DNA of 37,878 nucleotides from a virus (Duplodnaviria; Heunggongvirae; Uroviricota; Caudoviricetes): IMG/VR virus record IMGVR_UViG_2654587996_000002; one strand, 5' to 3'. Shown piece by piece: positions 36,383 to 37,878 of this stretch (position 1 is its first letter; each line of letters starts with the position of its first letter). The notes under the pieces were generated by a model. It saw only the letters and a program-made list of their open reading frames with translations, ran no database searches and was not told where the DNA came from. The position numbers and the translations under genes were made by a program.

Positions 36383-37403
36383 TAAGTCACTAACCTATGG
36401 TTCAGTATGCAGTGGTATTGAAGCTGCGACAGTAGCCTGGAGCAATCTTGGCTGGAAAGCCAGATGGTTCAGTGAAATAGAGGACTTCCCGTCAACACTT
36501 CTTTCATATCGCTGGCCCCATATACCAAATCTTGGTGATATGGCTTTGCTTGCGCCTCGTATCAGGGATGGGCTTATTGAAGCACCAGATATTCTTGTAG
36601 GTGGAACTCCGTGTCAGGCATTCAGTATGTCAGGCAAACGAAAAGGCCTTTCAGATCCACGGGGGCAGTTAACACTGTCTTTTGTTGAACTGGCGAATCA
36701 GATAGATACCGTTCGGGCATCGCTCAATAAATCCCCCTCAATAATCGTATGGGAAAACGTCACAGGAGTTTTAAGTAGCCATGACAATGCATTCGGTCAT
36801 TTTCTTGGTGCGCTGGCCGGAGCAGGTTGCGCATTACAGCCAGCAAGGAAAAGATGGGCAAACGCTGGTGTTGTGTCTGGACCATCGCGTATCGTCGCCT
36901 GGCGAGTACTTGATGCCCAATATTTCGGAGTCGCCCAGGCTCGCAGAAGAGTGTTTGTTGTGGCAAGTGCTGGAAAAAGGCTCGATCCCGGAAAGGTATT
37001 ATTTGAGTTCCCGCCTGTGTCGCAGGGCGATAAAAACTATTACGGAAAGAAGAAAAAATCCGAATCCCTTCTTGATCAAGGCATTGAAGGAAAATTGCAC
37101 CGATATTGCCTTGAAGCATTGCCAAAACGAACAGGCACAGTAATAGCTGGCTATAACGGAACAACTAACCAGGACATGACTATGTCTGGTGGGCTCATAG
37201 TTGAAAGAGTGCCATATTCAAGGGTTCGTAGGTTGACGCCAACCGAATGCGAGAGGCTACAAGGTTTTCCCGATGGATATACAGATATTCCATGGAAAAA
37301 TTCATCTCCAGCTCATCGTTATAAGGCCATTGGAAATTCAATGCCTGTACCGGTCATGAAATGGATTGGTCGAAGAATACAGGAAGCGTTAAACGAAGTT
37401 TAA
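36351..37403 (+). CDS. DNA (cytosine-5)-methyltransferase, GTG start overlapping com-like gene
   Basis: C5-MTase motifs: motif I-like YGSVCSGIEAA, motif IV GGTPCQAFS, motif VI IVWENV, motif VIII QARRRVFVV, motif X KAIGNSMPVPV. First in-frame ATG lies downstream of motif I, so GTG 36351 is the likely start. Confidence 0.85.
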   Translation: MGNKKHYFQSDKSLTYGSVCSGIEAATVAWSNLGWKARWFSEIEDFPSTLLSYRWPHIPNLGDMALLAPRIRDGLIEAPDILVGGTPCQAFSMSGKRKGLSDPRGQLTLSFVELANQIDTVRASLNKSPSIIVWENVTGVLSSHDNAFGHFLGALAGAGCALQPARKRWANAGVVSGPSRIVAWRVLDAQYFGVAQARRRVFVVASAGKRLDPGKVLFEFPPVSQGDKNYYGKKKKSESLLDQGIEGKLHRYCLEALPKRTGTVIAGYNGTTNQDMTMSGGLIVERVPYSRVRRLTPTECERLQGFPDGYTDIPWKNSSPAHRYKAIGNSMPVPVMKWIGRRIQEALNEV

Positions 37404-37548
37404 ACCTAAGCAAAAGACATTATGAAGTTGGTTTTTGTGCCGTTAAAAGATGTCTTTAAGGAGTGCAAAGGAAAGCGCCAATTTAGTATCAAAAAAGATG
37501 CTTATCGGCGCTTTTCATCGGTATCAAATGAAATGCAAATCTGTATCA

Positions 37549-37878
37549 AAAAAATCGCCGCGCTATACGTGGGGCGACAACAGTACCGTTAGCTATAACG
37601 GTAACTATGGCAGTGGGACGGACAGCAGTCAGGTCGGTTATTTCAGCCGTGTCGATGACGCGACTCACTATCAGTTGAACGTCGGCACCAGTGACAAACA
37701 CACCAGCGTTGACGGCTATTACAGCCATGATGGTTCGCTGGCGCAGGTTGACCTCAGTGCGAACTACCATGAAGGGCAATACACCTCTGCGGGCTTGTCG
37801 TTACAGGGCGGCGCAACGCTTACTGCCCACGGTGGCGCACTTCACCGTACCAGAATATGGGCGGGACACGCTTGTTGA
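37549..37878 (+). pseudogene. fragment of fimbrial usher-like outer membrane protein gene (host gene probably interrupted by prophage)
   Basis: Translation RYTWGDNS...YNGNYGSGTDSSQVGYF...LSLQGGATLTAHGGALH resembles the middle of chaperone-usher proteins (PapC/FimD-like GG..AH..G motif). No start codon or upstream usher sequence; exact junction unknown. Confidence 0.5.

Larger units (their letters stand above)
1..37548 (+). mobile_element. Mu-like transposable prophage, right ~37.5 kb (ner to right end); left end and repressor outside window
   Basis: Collinear Mu gene order ner-A-B-gam-gemA-Mor/C-lys-terminase-portal-F-G-I-T-sheath-tube-tape measure-P-Q-V-W-S-U-gin-com. Nearly all genes on + strand with overlapping start/stop codons. 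Right boundary is approximate: coding changes to a usher-like host frame after ~37549. Confidence 0.85.

Overview
The window is almost entirely one Mu-like transposable prophage, read left to right on the + strand from its Ner-like gene to its right end (about 37.5 kb); the repressor and left end lie upstream of the window. Gene order follows Mu: ner, DDE transposase A, AAA+ target activator B, a dense block of small early ORFs (including a clear Gam and a GemA/gp16-like protein), an intrinsic terminator, a single Mor/C-family activator, a lysis cassette (lysozyme with SAR-like N-terminus, overlapping spanin pair, TraR/DksA-like zinc finger, gp25-position membrane protein), head genes (gp27-like, terminase large subunit, portal, F, G, I, T), tail genes (sheath, tube, chaperone, tape measure, P, Q, V, W, J-like, gp48), tail-fibre gene S with a Gin-type invertible segment, and gin. 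The right arm is accessory: a 682-aa esterase plus lectin-like protein, three small ORFs, and a Com-like zinc finger overlapping a C5-cytosine DNA methyltransferase in the position where Mu carries mom. The last ~330 bp encode a fimbrial-usher-like fragment, suggesting the prophage sits inside a host usher gene. Most worth a second look: the com-like/methyltransferase module with a GATC-rich palindrome upstream, the esterase-lectin gene, an AT-rich four-gene cassette in the early region (7021-8053), an invertible segment with only one tail-fibre assembly gene, and a tRNA-like element between F and G. All calls are from reading the sequence and recalled family signatures; no searches or computed statistics were run.
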